From IMG/VR virus record IMGVR_UViG_3300037452_000118, positions 32,001-96,000 of that record: a DNA stretch of 64,000 bases; one strand, written 5' to 3'. A program made the translations under genes and the position numbers. Below the pieces are notes generated by a model. The model saw only the letters and a list, made by a program, of their open reading frames with translations. It was not told the origin of the DNA and searched no databases. Shown here one piece after another: positions 1-7,948 of the stretch; the first letter of the stretch is position 1, and the number at the start of each line of letters is the position of its first letter. The stretch comes from a virus.

Positions 1-131
1 GCCCGCGTCGTTCTGCAACGCTGTGTCCCCGGTCCGATTGGCCCTTGGAATAATCGCCACTCACATACCGAAGTCGTCGCGGCCTTCGACGCTGCAATCG
101 CGTGCATAAGCGGCCAAGCCCAAGGGGCAAC

Positions 132-1052
132 ATGAGATTCCGCTTCACCCTCGTGGTCTGGGGCGATTGGCACATCGGCCAGTTCGTCAGGCACGGCCTG
201 CCCAGCCTGCGGGCGCCGGGCAACCTCGACGCGATCGACCACGTCGTTTCCGCGAAGACACGGCCGTCGGACCTGGAGCGCGTGCGCGCGGCGCTGGACG
301 GCGTCAACGCCGAGATCGAAGCGCTGCTTCCCGACGACATCGGCTCCGACCAGGCGACCTGCAACACGGCGGTCTTCACGCACAACGTCGACGACCGATC
401 CGCCGCCGCCCAGGCCGGGGAGGCCTGGGGACTGCTGTCGCCCGACATGGTGTGGGGCGAGGGAACGTGGGCGCACCACCGCGCCGCGCTGGAGGGCGGC
501 GCGAAGGCGGTCTTCCGCCCGCTGCTGCGCGTCGACTCCGAACGCGCCGGGACGATCCGCGATTTCCGCAGACGCAGCCTCGCCGCGACCGCCTTGGAGC
601 ACGAGCACGCGATCGCGCGGACGGACTACCGCGCCGGCGGGGAGAGGTTCTCGCCGCACGCCGAGATGATTATCTGGGAGGCGCCGGGTTGGCTGATCAA
701 CCGGACCATCACCGCTGAAGTCCAGACCTGCATCCCGGCTGCGGTGCCGTTCAACTCGCAGGGTTTGTCGGCGCTGCCGCTGGACGGCGAGATGTGCGTG
801 GTCCGCGACAGCGACGAGGCGATCGCGGTGGCGATGTGCCCGCCGGACAAGGACTTCGGCTGGCTGCAGGGGACGCGACCGCTCGATGTCGACCTTGTCC
901 GCGGTTTCCTGCGGTCCTACAACTCGCCGGCATCGAGGAACATCGCGCGCCAATCCTACCACCTGCATGCGGGCGACATCGTCGATGCCGAGATATGGAA
1001 AACGGTATTAGATCGTAGATCAGACGATTTCATCACGGAGGTCTTCGCGTGA
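132..1052 (+). CDS. Putative glycosyltransferase-like (GT-A-like) hypothetical protein
   Basis: ORF 102..1052; ATG at 132 follows AAGGGG. N-terminus FTLVVWG..LPSLRAPGNL and SPDMVW resemble nucleotide-sugar transferase-like proteins; similar to ORF 5724..6647. Confidence 0.45.
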   Translation: MRFRFTLVVWGDWHIGQFVRHGLPSLRAPGNLDAIDHVVSAKTRPSDLERVRAALDGVNAEIEALLPDDIGSDQATCNTAVFTHNVDDRSAAAQAGEAWGLLSPDMVWGEGTWAHHRAALEGGAKAVFRPLLRVDSERAGTIRDFRRRSLAATALEHEHAIARTDYRAGGERFSPHAEMIIWEAPGWLINRTITAEVQTCIPAAVPFNSQGLSALPLDGEMCVVRDSDEAIAVAMCPPDKDFGWLQGTRPLDVDLVRGFLRSYNSPASRNIARQSYHLHAGDIVDAEIWKTVLDRRSDDFITEVFA

Positions 1053-2167
1053 ACCTGCACCTCGCGTCAGACCTGCTCCTGGACAAGCATCTTCCGGAGC
1101 CGGAGCCTGTCCCCGACAAGGCGGCCTACCTCCGCGAGCGCGAGGCCTGCCTGGCGCTGTCGCCGGCGGCGCGCGAGAACTGGGAGCGCTACGAGCGCTC
1201 GACGAGGCGCGAGGCGGAGCTGGACTACCTGCCGGTCCGGCTCGACGTCGAGAACGTCAGCCGCTGCAATTTTCGTTGCACCATGTGCCAGGTCAGCGAC
1301 TGGCCGAAGGGCCAGCGCGCCGCCGACATGAGCCTCGACGACTTCAAGCGGCTGCTCGACGAGCAGGTCGGAGTCGTAGAGCTGAAAATCCAGGGCTTCG
1401 GCGAGCCGACGATGGGCGCCCACTATTTTGAAATGATCCAATACGCGAGGGCGCGGCGGATATGGGTGCGCACCATCACCAACGCCTCGCGGCTGCATTT
1501 GAGAAACACGTTTCAAAAGTTGGTCGATACCGACGTGAACGAAATCCAAATATCAATAGACGGCGCAACGAAGGAAGTCTTCGAGGGCATCCGGCGCGGC
1601 TCGGTGTTCGAGCAGGTCGTGAAGAATTGCGCGCTGATCAATGGCTATGCAAAAGCCCAGGGCAAGCTACGAACCAAAATGTGGACTGTCGTGCAACAAA
1701 CCAACGCGCACCAGCTCGACGACCTGGTCGACCTCGCCTACGACGCCGGCTTTGCGCATTTGGTTTTTTCATTTGAATTGATTGATTTTGGGCAGCCGAA
1801 ATGGAAGGAGACGAACGATGCCGCCTCGGTCGCGGATCGGATAAGCCTCGCGGAATGTTGGCGGCTGCACCATCGCGCCAAGGCGCTCGGCGTCCGATTG
1901 GGTTTTTGGTTTGCCAACGAACGCTATAGCTATGAGGCGGGCAACCCGGAAAAGCTATGCTCGTGGCCGTTTCAGTCTGCCTACATCTCGTCCGACATGA
2001 AAATCGTACCGTGCTGTATAATTGGAAACCCCGAAGTTAGCAATTTCGGCGATGCCCGCAAGCTCACTGAACTTTGGAATGGCCCCGCCATCAAGGCTTT
2101 CCGTGAGGGTCATTTGACGGGGTGTGTTCCGGATATTTGCAGGTCCTGTTATAAGGGGAATCGCTGA
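1049..2167 (+). CDS. Radical SAM protein with C-terminal SPASM/twitch domain
   Basis: CNFRCTMC (CxxxCxxC), GFGEP, ISIDG motifs; C-terminal CSWPF..VPCC..CRSC. Confidence 0.92.
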   Translation: MNLHLASDLLLDKHLPEPEPVPDKAAYLREREACLALSPAARENWERYERSTRREAELDYLPVRLDVENVSRCNFRCTMCQVSDWPKGQRAADMSLDDFKRLLDEQVGVVELKIQGFGEPTMGAHYFEMIQYARARRIWVRTITNASRLHLRNTFQKLVDTDVNEIQISIDGATKEVFEGIRRGSVFEQVVKNCALINGYAKAQGKLRTKMWTVVQQTNAHQLDDLVDLAYDAGFAHLVFSFELIDFGQPKWKETNDAASVADRISLAECWRLHHRAKALGVRLGFWFANERYSYEAGNPEKLCSWPFQSAYISSDMKIVPCCIIGNPEVSNFGDARKLTELWNGPAIKAFREGHLTGCVPDICRSCYKGNR

Positions 2168-2177
2168 ATCAACTCTA

Positions 2178-2216
2178 TTGACTTATAATTATCGCGTGGT
2201 GTAGGAATGGTTCCTA
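2178..2216 (+). promoter_or_regulatory. Putative sigma70-type promoter with palindromic operator
   Basis: TTGACT at 2178; AT-rich spacer; inverted repeat TAGGAA-tgg-TTCCTA (2202-2216) over the -10 region, ending at the RHH start codon. Confidence 0.5.
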
Positions 2217-2368
2217 TGAGAACCACGCACAAGCAGACGATTACCTTCACGAAACCAGAGATCGACTACCTGCGGATCGAGGCTAAACGCCTCGGCATAT
2301 CCGTGGCCGATCTTGTGCGGCGGATCATAGATCAGCACCAAGAGAGCCAAAGGAAAGCAGCAAAATGA
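2216..2368 (+). CDS. Ribbon-helix-helix (CopG-like) regulator, 50 aa
   Basis: Hand translation MRTTHKQTITFTKPEIDYLRIEAKRLGISVADLVRRIIDQH...; beta-strand then GISVADLVRR helix pattern; ATGA overlap with the next gene. Absent from the ORF track because it is short. Confidence 0.8.
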   Translation: MRTTHKQTITFTKPEIDYLRIEAKRLGISVADLVRRIIDQHQESQRKAAK

Positions 2369-3177
2369 ACAAACCAATCCAAGCCGAAGAGGCCGTTACC
2401 GTTGCCGAGATACAGATGACCGAGATGAGCTTCAACATCGTCGGGACATCCCCTCTCGTGATCCATGCTATGAGCGCGAAGAGCAAAGGCTCTCTGCTCT
2501 TTCCATCTCCGCGCAAGAATGCGACGGAGCGAGCGACGACGATGAAGCACGAACCATATGAGGAGTTTCTCGGCGCTTGCTATCGCTTCAGGGACGCCGA
2601 CAAATCGCCGACCCGGCTCTATATGCCGGCCGGAGCTTTTCATGCCGCGATGGCCAACTCCGCGATTGATATGGTCGGCGCTAAGAAAGCGCAGATCGGG
2701 CGCTTGACTACGGTACCCGGCGGCAAGATTCCAATCTTCGGTGTGCCGCAACTCTGGATGACCACCGTCAGGTCGAGCGACATGGCGCGAACACCGGACA
2801 TTCGCACGCTGCCGATCCTGCCGTCATGGTGCGCCACGATCACGGTGCAGTTCGTCGGTAGCCTGATCAAGCAGCAGTCGATCGCCAATCTGCTCGCTGC
2901 CGCTGGCGTCATCATTGGTATCGGTGACGGGCGCCCAGAGAAGGGCAAATTGTCGATGGGCCAGTTTCGCCTTTGCTCCGACGATGATCTAGAGTTTTTG
3001 CGGATCGTGAAGCAAGGCGTAACCGCGCAGGATAAGGCGCTTGCCGACCCGGCGACTTTCGACGAGGAAACTGCAGAACTTTGGGATTGGTTCACAAAAG
3101 AAAAAACCAAACGGGCGGCGGCTCCGGCGTCAATACCGAAGCGCCCCCCCCAAGGCAGAGCATGCAGCGCGAGCTAA
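2365..3177 (+). CDS. Stand-alone Cas7/RAMP-like protein, candidate effector of the adjacent pentamer arrays
   Basis: RAMP-like motifs: N-terminal strand IVGTSPLVIH, LYMPAGAFHAAM (like the YIPGSSLKGA motif), W-x-x-T-I-T-V strand and Gly-rich loop GIGDGRPEKGK..GQF. No cas1/2/3/10 in the window. Confidence 0.75.
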   Translation: MNKPIQAEEAVTVAEIQMTEMSFNIVGTSPLVIHAMSAKSKGSLLFPSPRKNATERATTMKHEPYEEFLGACYRFRDADKSPTRLYMPAGAFHAAMANSAIDMVGAKKAQIGRLTTVPGGKIPIFGVPQLWMTTVRSSDMARTPDIRTLPILPSWCATITVQFVGSLIKQQSIANLLAAAGVIIGIGDGRPEKGKLSMGQFRLCSDDDLEFLRIVKQGVTAQDKALADPATFDEETAELWDWFTKEKTKRAAAPASIPKRPPQGRACSAS

Positions 3178-3188
3178 CGGCTCTTGAA

Positions 3189-4060
3189 ATCCAGTCCAGT
3201 TGGGACACGATAGCCCAGTCATATCTCGATGTGACGAGATACGACTAGATGCGACCGGGACCAACAAGACTTGATCGGTCAAGATGCGAACAGTCTTGAT
3301 GCGACGGGACCGGATATGATCCGATGAGCCGTGACTGGACCAACGCGACTAGACCGGACGCGACGCGATACGATCTGGCTAGATACGATGAGACCAATGC
3401 GATGCGTTTGGCCGAGTTCGGACGCGACATGATCCGCCGTGATGCGCTTTGCCAAGACGCGACCAACATGATGAGCCGTGACCAGCCACGATCAGACCCG
3501 ACGGGCCGGAGCGCGACTTGCTCAGACCAACAAGACCTGCCGAGCCGCGATCGGCCGCGCTGCGATACGATTGGACAGGACGTGTTTTGTCCAACATGAC
3601 CCGACTAGCGATGACGAGCGGTGCCGGGCCATGACGAGACCAACAAGCCAAGTCTGGACGTGCTCGGACGGAATATGATCGGACTGGACAAGACCAACAC
3701 GACAAGACTGGAGACGACGTGCGGAGCCGGGACCGGCCGCGACAACGCTGGACCTGACCAACGGGCCTAGAAGGGACCGGATTAGCAATGCCGTGGCGAG
3801 ACGGGACCGACAAGTCACGATCAGCCAAGTCCCGAGGAGCCAACGCGAGATCGGACATGCCAAGACCAACGAGGTTTGCTCAGATGAGCGAAGCCGCGAC
3901 GTGATCGGCCAAGACGTGACCAACGTGACTGGCTATGCCGAGATTGGCCCGGACCAGATGCCTTGGGACGAGACTTGAAATGCCGAGACCAACGAGCCGC
4001 GATGTGACCTGACGCGCTATGCCGCGATCAGTAGCGATGAGATGGGATAAGTTGCCAACC
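3189..4060 (+). repeat. Pentamer-periodic array 1, (G-led triplet + NN)n units separated by GACCAAC; candidate guide-RNA array
   Basis: Delimiters at 3259, 3338, 3392, 3461, 3525, 3589, 3638, 3692, 3756, 3805, 3864, 3918, 3987 (variants GACCAAT, GTCCAAC, GACCGAC). Spacings 79,54,69,64,64,49,54,64,49,59,54,69 are all 5n+4. Triplets are mostly GAC/GAT/GCC/GTC. Confidence 0.93.
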
Positions 4061-4076
4061 AAAGAGGAGGTTAAAA

Positions 4077-4571
4077 ATGTCGACCATGAAAATCCGCGCT
4101 GCGGCGATCAAAGCGATCGAGGATGAAGCCGGCAGAGTGACGGCGGAAGCGCTGGTATTGGCGGCGCGCGATCAAACCCATCCGCTGCACAAGGAGTTTC
4201 CCTGGGACGACAAAAAGGCGGCGCACCAGCATCGCCTCGATGTCGCCCGCCGTATAATCGCCAGCGTAAGGGTAACCATCACAACTACAACCAAGAAGGT
4301 AACCTGCGTTGGCTATGTCAGGGATCCTGAAGCCGGGCTACGACAGGGCTACGTCAGCACCGTCAAGCTGCGTACTGAGGCCGATGCTGCGCGGGAAGCC
4401 CTCGGCGCGGAGATCGCCAGGGTACAGAGCATTTTGGAAAGAGCGAAGGAACTCGCTGCAGGCCTCGAGCTTGACGAGGATTTTCAATTGTCTCTCGCCG
4501 GCGCCTTGGATTTTTCCAGCCGGATGCGAAAAGGACTCGGTTTTCCAGGAGATGGAAGAGCCTTGCAATAA
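4077..4571 (+). CDS. Phage hypothetical protein embedded between the two arrays (partner of the RAMP gene)
   Basis: Strong SD AGAGGAGG; motif TAEALVLAAR..HPLHKEFPWDD..AA..HRL..ARRII. Confidence 0.8.
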   Translation: MSTMKIRAAAIKAIEDEAGRVTAEALVLAARDQTHPLHKEFPWDDKKAAHQHRLDVARRIIASVRVTITTTTKKVTCVGYVRDPEAGLRQGYVSTVKLRTEADAAREALGAEIARVQSILERAKELAAGLELDEDFQLSLAGALDFSSRMRKGLGFPGDGRALQ

Positions 4572-4577
4572 AGCCTA

Positions 4578-4711
4578 AACGTACTGTGCCGTGTCACGTT
4601 ACGACATGATCGGACACGATCTGACGAGACCAACGCGACCTGACTCGTCTTGTTGCGGTGAGGCATGACATGATGCGATTTGTCGCGATCCGACTAGCCG
4701 CAGCAAGATGA
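4578..4711 (+). repeat. Pentamer-periodic array 2 (two units)
   Basis: aac gt/act gt/gcc gt/gtc ac/gtt ac/gac at/gat cg/gac ac/gat ct/gac ga, GACCAAC at 4628, then 15 further pentamers. Confidence 0.88.
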
Positions 4712-4725
4712 TCAAAGGGAAGCTA

Positions 4726-5727
4726 ATGATACTCTCTGTCGGGGAATACGATGCCCTTGAGCAGGAAGCTCGCTGCGGTCTTTCTTTTTGCGAGCTCATG
4801 GCCTTCGCGCCGCGCACTTTCGACATGCTCGGCTTCCCGCATCGCGTCGAGGATGAGCGGGAGCTCGTCCGCTACGCCGATTGGAATCGGGACACCGGAA
4901 ATCAAGAATACTTTCGGCCCGGCCATTTCTTCGGCGGCCCGGCCGTGCAGACCGACTTCACCGCCGATGAGGTCGAGATGATGAATCGCGTCCGCGACCA
5001 GGCCGTCGCGGCGACCACCAAGCTCGGCCGGCCGGTGCGGCCGCTGTGCAGTCCCTTCGCGCAGCTCGGCCTGTTTCGCATCTTGGCCGCCATCGGATTG
5101 CCTGGGCTCCGCGTCTTCGAGGTCGGCCCCGGTACCGCCTATCTCGGCGCCATGCTCATCAACGAAGGCGCGAGCTATTATTCTTTCACCGACAACGCCC
5201 AGGCGCTTTTCCTTTGGCAATGTCGCTTGATGGCCGAGGTCGGGTATCAACCGACGTCGCGCGCTGGGCTTCCGTGGTGGGACTTCGCCCGCGGCGTCAA
5301 CCTTCTTCCGGTCGATGTCGTGGTCTCCAACACCAACCTCGGCGAGATGACCGGCGACGCGCTCAAGATCACGGCGCACCGCGCGCGGCAGATGCTGGAG
5401 AGATCGCCGCTTGGTCTCTTCCTGTTCGTCAACGTCGGGGCGCCGATGTACAATTCGGAGGAGGGCGTCGACCGCGAGCTGCGCCGTGCCGGCTTCAGCC
5501 TCGTCGTCAACCGCTTTTTCCGCGCCTACCGGGCGCCCAACTCCGAGCCGCTCCCGGAGGCGGCGCTGGCCTTGGAGTTCGGCATGCCGCTCTATAATCC
5601 AAGCGGCAGGCCTGGCACGGTGTCCGGTGGCGAGGCCGTGTACATCCCCGACGACCAGCGCCCGCTCGACCTCGACGTTACGGAGCTGCTGGAGGGGTGG
5701 CGCCCGCCGGTGAGGAGCAAGCCATGA
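4726..5727 (+). CDS. SAM-dependent methyltransferase (putative sugar O-methyltransferase-like)
   Basis: Motif I VFEVGPGTAYLG, acidic FTD at strand 2, later DVVVSNTNLGEM. ATG 4726 preferred because 4708 lies inside array 2. Confidence 0.75.
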   Translation: MILSVGEYDALEQEARCGLSFCELMAFAPRTFDMLGFPHRVEDERELVRYADWNRDTGNQEYFRPGHFFGGPAVQTDFTADEVEMMNRVRDQAVAATTKLGRPVRPLCSPFAQLGLFRILAAIGLPGLRVFEVGPGTAYLGAMLINEGASYYSFTDNAQALFLWQCRLMAEVGYQPTSRAGLPWWDFARGVNLLPVDVVVSNTNLGEMTGDALKITAHRARQMLERSPLGLFLFVNVGAPMYNSEEGVDRELRRAGFSLVVNRFFRAYRAPNSEPLPEAALALEFGMPLYNPSGRPGTVSGGEAVYIPDDQRPLDLDVTELLEGWRPPVRSKP

Positions 5728-6647
5728 AGATCGAGGTCGTCGTCGCGGCGTGGGGACACTGGGCGCAGCGCTGGCGCAACCTCAACTGCGCCGTCGTGCG
5801 GGCCGAGGCCGACGACGTCGGCGGCACCTTGGTCGTCTACGCCGACGACGACGGCCGCGAGCGGCTGGCGGGGGAATGGATCGACGAGTTCAGGCCGCTG
5901 CCGGAGCCGGTGAGCTGGTTCGACCAGGCCGACGGCGCGCACGCCGACGCGATCGACCGGGCCCTGGCCGGCGGCTACGCCGTGGCGCCGCTGTGCGCGT
6001 CGCTCCGCCTCGGCAGGGGGACGCTCGCCGCCGCCAAGCGCCGGCTCGACGCCGGCTACCGGGCCTGCATGGCGCTCTGCGTCCCGGCCGGGGTGCCCGA
6101 CAAGGTCGAGACCGCCGCGGCGATGTCGGCCAAGCTCAAGCACGCCGGGTTCGGCTGGTGGGAGGGCAGGACGAGGACGACCCACCCCGGCCACTATGCC
6201 TGGCGCTCGGCCAACGGCGCCGTCCTGGTGCGGCCGATCTACCACCACCCCGTCCTCATCAGGCCGACGCGCGCCCACGCTCCGCGCCGCGCCGCCGACC
6301 ACTTCATGACCGAGGGCTACCTCGACGACGTCTCGCAGGTCGCGCAGCTCGACCCCCTCGACGGCTGCATCAGCGGCCTGCCGGCCCACGACGGCACCGG
6401 CCCTCCGCCGGGCCCGGCCAGGCCCCCGGAGAACCCGGCGCTGGCGGAGCCCGCCGGCATCGTGGGCTGGATGCTGTCCGGGGTCGGCGTCGCCGGCGGC
6501 GTCAACGTGATGCCCTGGAACCTGCACTACATGGCCCACCGCTTCTGGTGTGGCGAGCCCGGCGCCGACAGGCTAGAAGTTGAGATGGAATCGGACCGCG
6601 CCGTCGCCGAGATCAGGCGGATTTATTTTGAAAGGGTAGGAAAGTGA
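5724..6647 (+). CDS. Hypothetical protein, probable paralogue of 132..1052
   Basis: SD GAGGAG; N-terminus IEVVVAAWG and similar length and layout to the first ORF. Confidence 0.5.
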   Translation: MKIEVVVAAWGHWAQRWRNLNCAVVRAEADDVGGTLVVYADDDGRERLAGEWIDEFRPLPEPVSWFDQADGAHADAIDRALAGGYAVAPLCASLRLGRGTLAAAKRRLDAGYRACMALCVPAGVPDKVETAAAMSAKLKHAGFGWWEGRTRTTHPGHYAWRSANGAVLVRPIYHHPVLIRPTRAHAPRRAADHFMTEGYLDDVSQVAQLDPLDGCISGLPAHDGTGPPPGPARPPENPALAEPAGIVGWMLSGVGVAGGVNVMPWNLHYMAHRFWCGEPGADRLEVEMESDRAVAEIRRIYFERVGK

Positions 6648-6823
6648 ACTTAGCGGAGCGGAGGCGGGGAAAGCAGACCCGCACGGACTGGACACAGGTA
6701 CGCAGGGAATTAGGGGCGCAAGCTCCGTGAATTGCGACGCACCTCAGCGGGTTCGATTCCCGACGGTCATCAACGAAATAGCGATGAAGCTGGAGTAGCG
6801 CCCAGCCCGCTCCGCTAAGTTCA
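6645..6823 (+). ncRNA. Candidate structured tRNA-like ncRNA
   Basis: Perfect 17-bp terminal inverted repeat (6645-6661 / 6807-6823) enclosing a GCGGG..CCCGC hairpin, a T-arm motif CGGGTTCGATTCCCG and a GCTGG-AGTAGCGC-CCAGC hairpin. Confidence 0.55.
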
Positions 6824-6852
6824 TACGAGCTAAAGCCGCAAAGGAGGATCAA

Positions 6853-7062
6853 ATGCCCAAGTGTCGTTTCTGCGGTGCGGACATGATCTTCCGAGATTTT
6901 GGTCCGTACTACCCGCTCTACGATGTTCCCGGCGCGAGCGTCGGCTATTGGGAATGTCTCAATTTCAACGATGGTCGCCACGGCGATCCGCGACAGAGAC
7001 AGGACCGTTATCAGACGAACGACAAAACCCTCGTGCCAAAGGAGAAATATCATGCCGCTTAA
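6853..7062 (+). CDS. Small Cys-containing hypothetical protein
   Basis: SD AAGGAGG; CRFC..C. Confidence 0.55.
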   Translation: MPKCRFCGADMIFRDFGPYYPLYDVPGASVGYWECLNFNDGRHGDPRQRQDRYQTNDKTLVPKEKYHAA

Positions 7063-7486
7063 AGACCCGCGCGAATCCCTCGTTGAACGCCGCGCGCTAC
7101 TAAAATTTTTCGGGATTGCCGTCCCCGCCGCGCTTCTACCGACCGTTGCCGAAGAAAGCGAGCGGCCTTCTGGCCCGCAATTCTTTATGAGGCCGGACGA
7201 AATCTTCACATTGTTCGTGAGCGAAATGGTAGCCGCGCTGCCCCAGCAATATGCCGATGCGGCGCGTGATCGTAGTTCGGTATTGCGAACGATGATCGAG
7301 GCACACGGCGTCGCGATGGCAACCGTTTTAGCAACGTTCCAGATGCCGCCGCAGGATATTGCCATCGGGAAAACGTTGACGGACTTCGGAATAATGTGGG
7401 ATGTCGTCCGCTTAGATGGCGAATCCGACAATGATTTGCGGACTCGGCTGGCAGATCGAATGAAAGGCACCGCGAGACGATCATGA
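7052..7486 (+). CDS. Hypothetical protein with Tat-like RR signal
   Basis: SD AAGGAG; ERRALLKFFGIAVPAALL; C-terminal RLDGESDNDLRTRL. Confidence 0.55.
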   Translation: MPLKDPRESLVERRALLKFFGIAVPAALLPTVAEESERPSGPQFFMRPDEIFTLFVSEMVAALPQQYADAARDRSSVLRTMIEAHGVAMATVLATFQMPPQDIAIGKTLTDFGIMWDVVRLDGESDNDLRTRLADRMKGTARRS

Positions 7487-7770
7487 AAATGATGAAAACT
7501 ATTTCGGTCCCGGCGACAACGCGCGAAGCGCTTGATTACATCAAATGCGAGCTTTGCCCTACGCAAACACGCTCCGATGGCTATTGGCCTACGAACATAG
7601 GCTACAGAGTTGATGACGTTGAGGTTGAGTACGTCACGGGGGACAGCTACCCGGAAGGTGGCTCTACAAAAACCGTCATTCTCGACATCTGCCCCAAATG
7701 CTTCGAAGAAAAGTTGGTCCCGTGGTTTAGGTCTCAAGGTGGTGTACCTCGTGTGGAAGAAAGGGACTGA
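7483..7770 (+). CDS. Zn-ribbon-like hypothetical protein
   Basis: CELC ... DICPKC; ATGA overlap. Confidence 0.65.
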   Translation: MKMMKTISVPATTREALDYIKCELCPTQTRSDGYWPTNIGYRVDDVEVEYVTGDSYPEGGSTKTVILDICPKCFEEKLVPWFRSQGGVPRVEERD

Positions 7771-7948
7771 CGATATGCCGGACGTTCCCAAAGTCCTCGA
7801 CACCATTGCCGACCGGGTCCTCCGATACCGGCCCAAGCCGAAGTCAAAGCCCGCTCGCCGCCGTAAGCGCCGGGCTGCCAAGCTGGCGTCAAAATGAGCG
7901 GAAGAATCAGAAGCGGGTTGATCTATATGCAGCATTGGAGATGATATA

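Noticed and set aside
3189-3258. Degenerate first array unit matching the methyltransferase start (LSVGEY)
   Set aside because: The phase is broken twice and only three dinucleotides agree; too weak.
3338-3640. Gapped matches of units 3338, 3461 and 3589 to AYRA (methyltransferase), EVQT (first ORF) and PYIE (GT-B gene)
   Set aside because: Only four consecutive dinucleotides (8 nt) each, which is expected by chance in 64 kb.
3189-4060. Canonical CRISPR array or TIGR array
   Set aside because: There are no 23-47 bp identical repeats with unique spacers; the constant element is only 7 nt and the interior is 5-nt periodic. The adjacent protein looks RAMP-like, not Nop-domain, and no cas1/cas2 is present.
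3245-4062. Short overlapping ORFs on both strands within array 1
   Set aside because: Low-complexity R/D/T/S translations with no SD; by-products of the pentamer periodicity.
7775-7935. Short basic ORF (VLRYRPKPKSK..) resembling IS1595-associated end sequences
   Set aside because: No transposase or verifiable inverted repeat nearby; the resemblance is from memory only.
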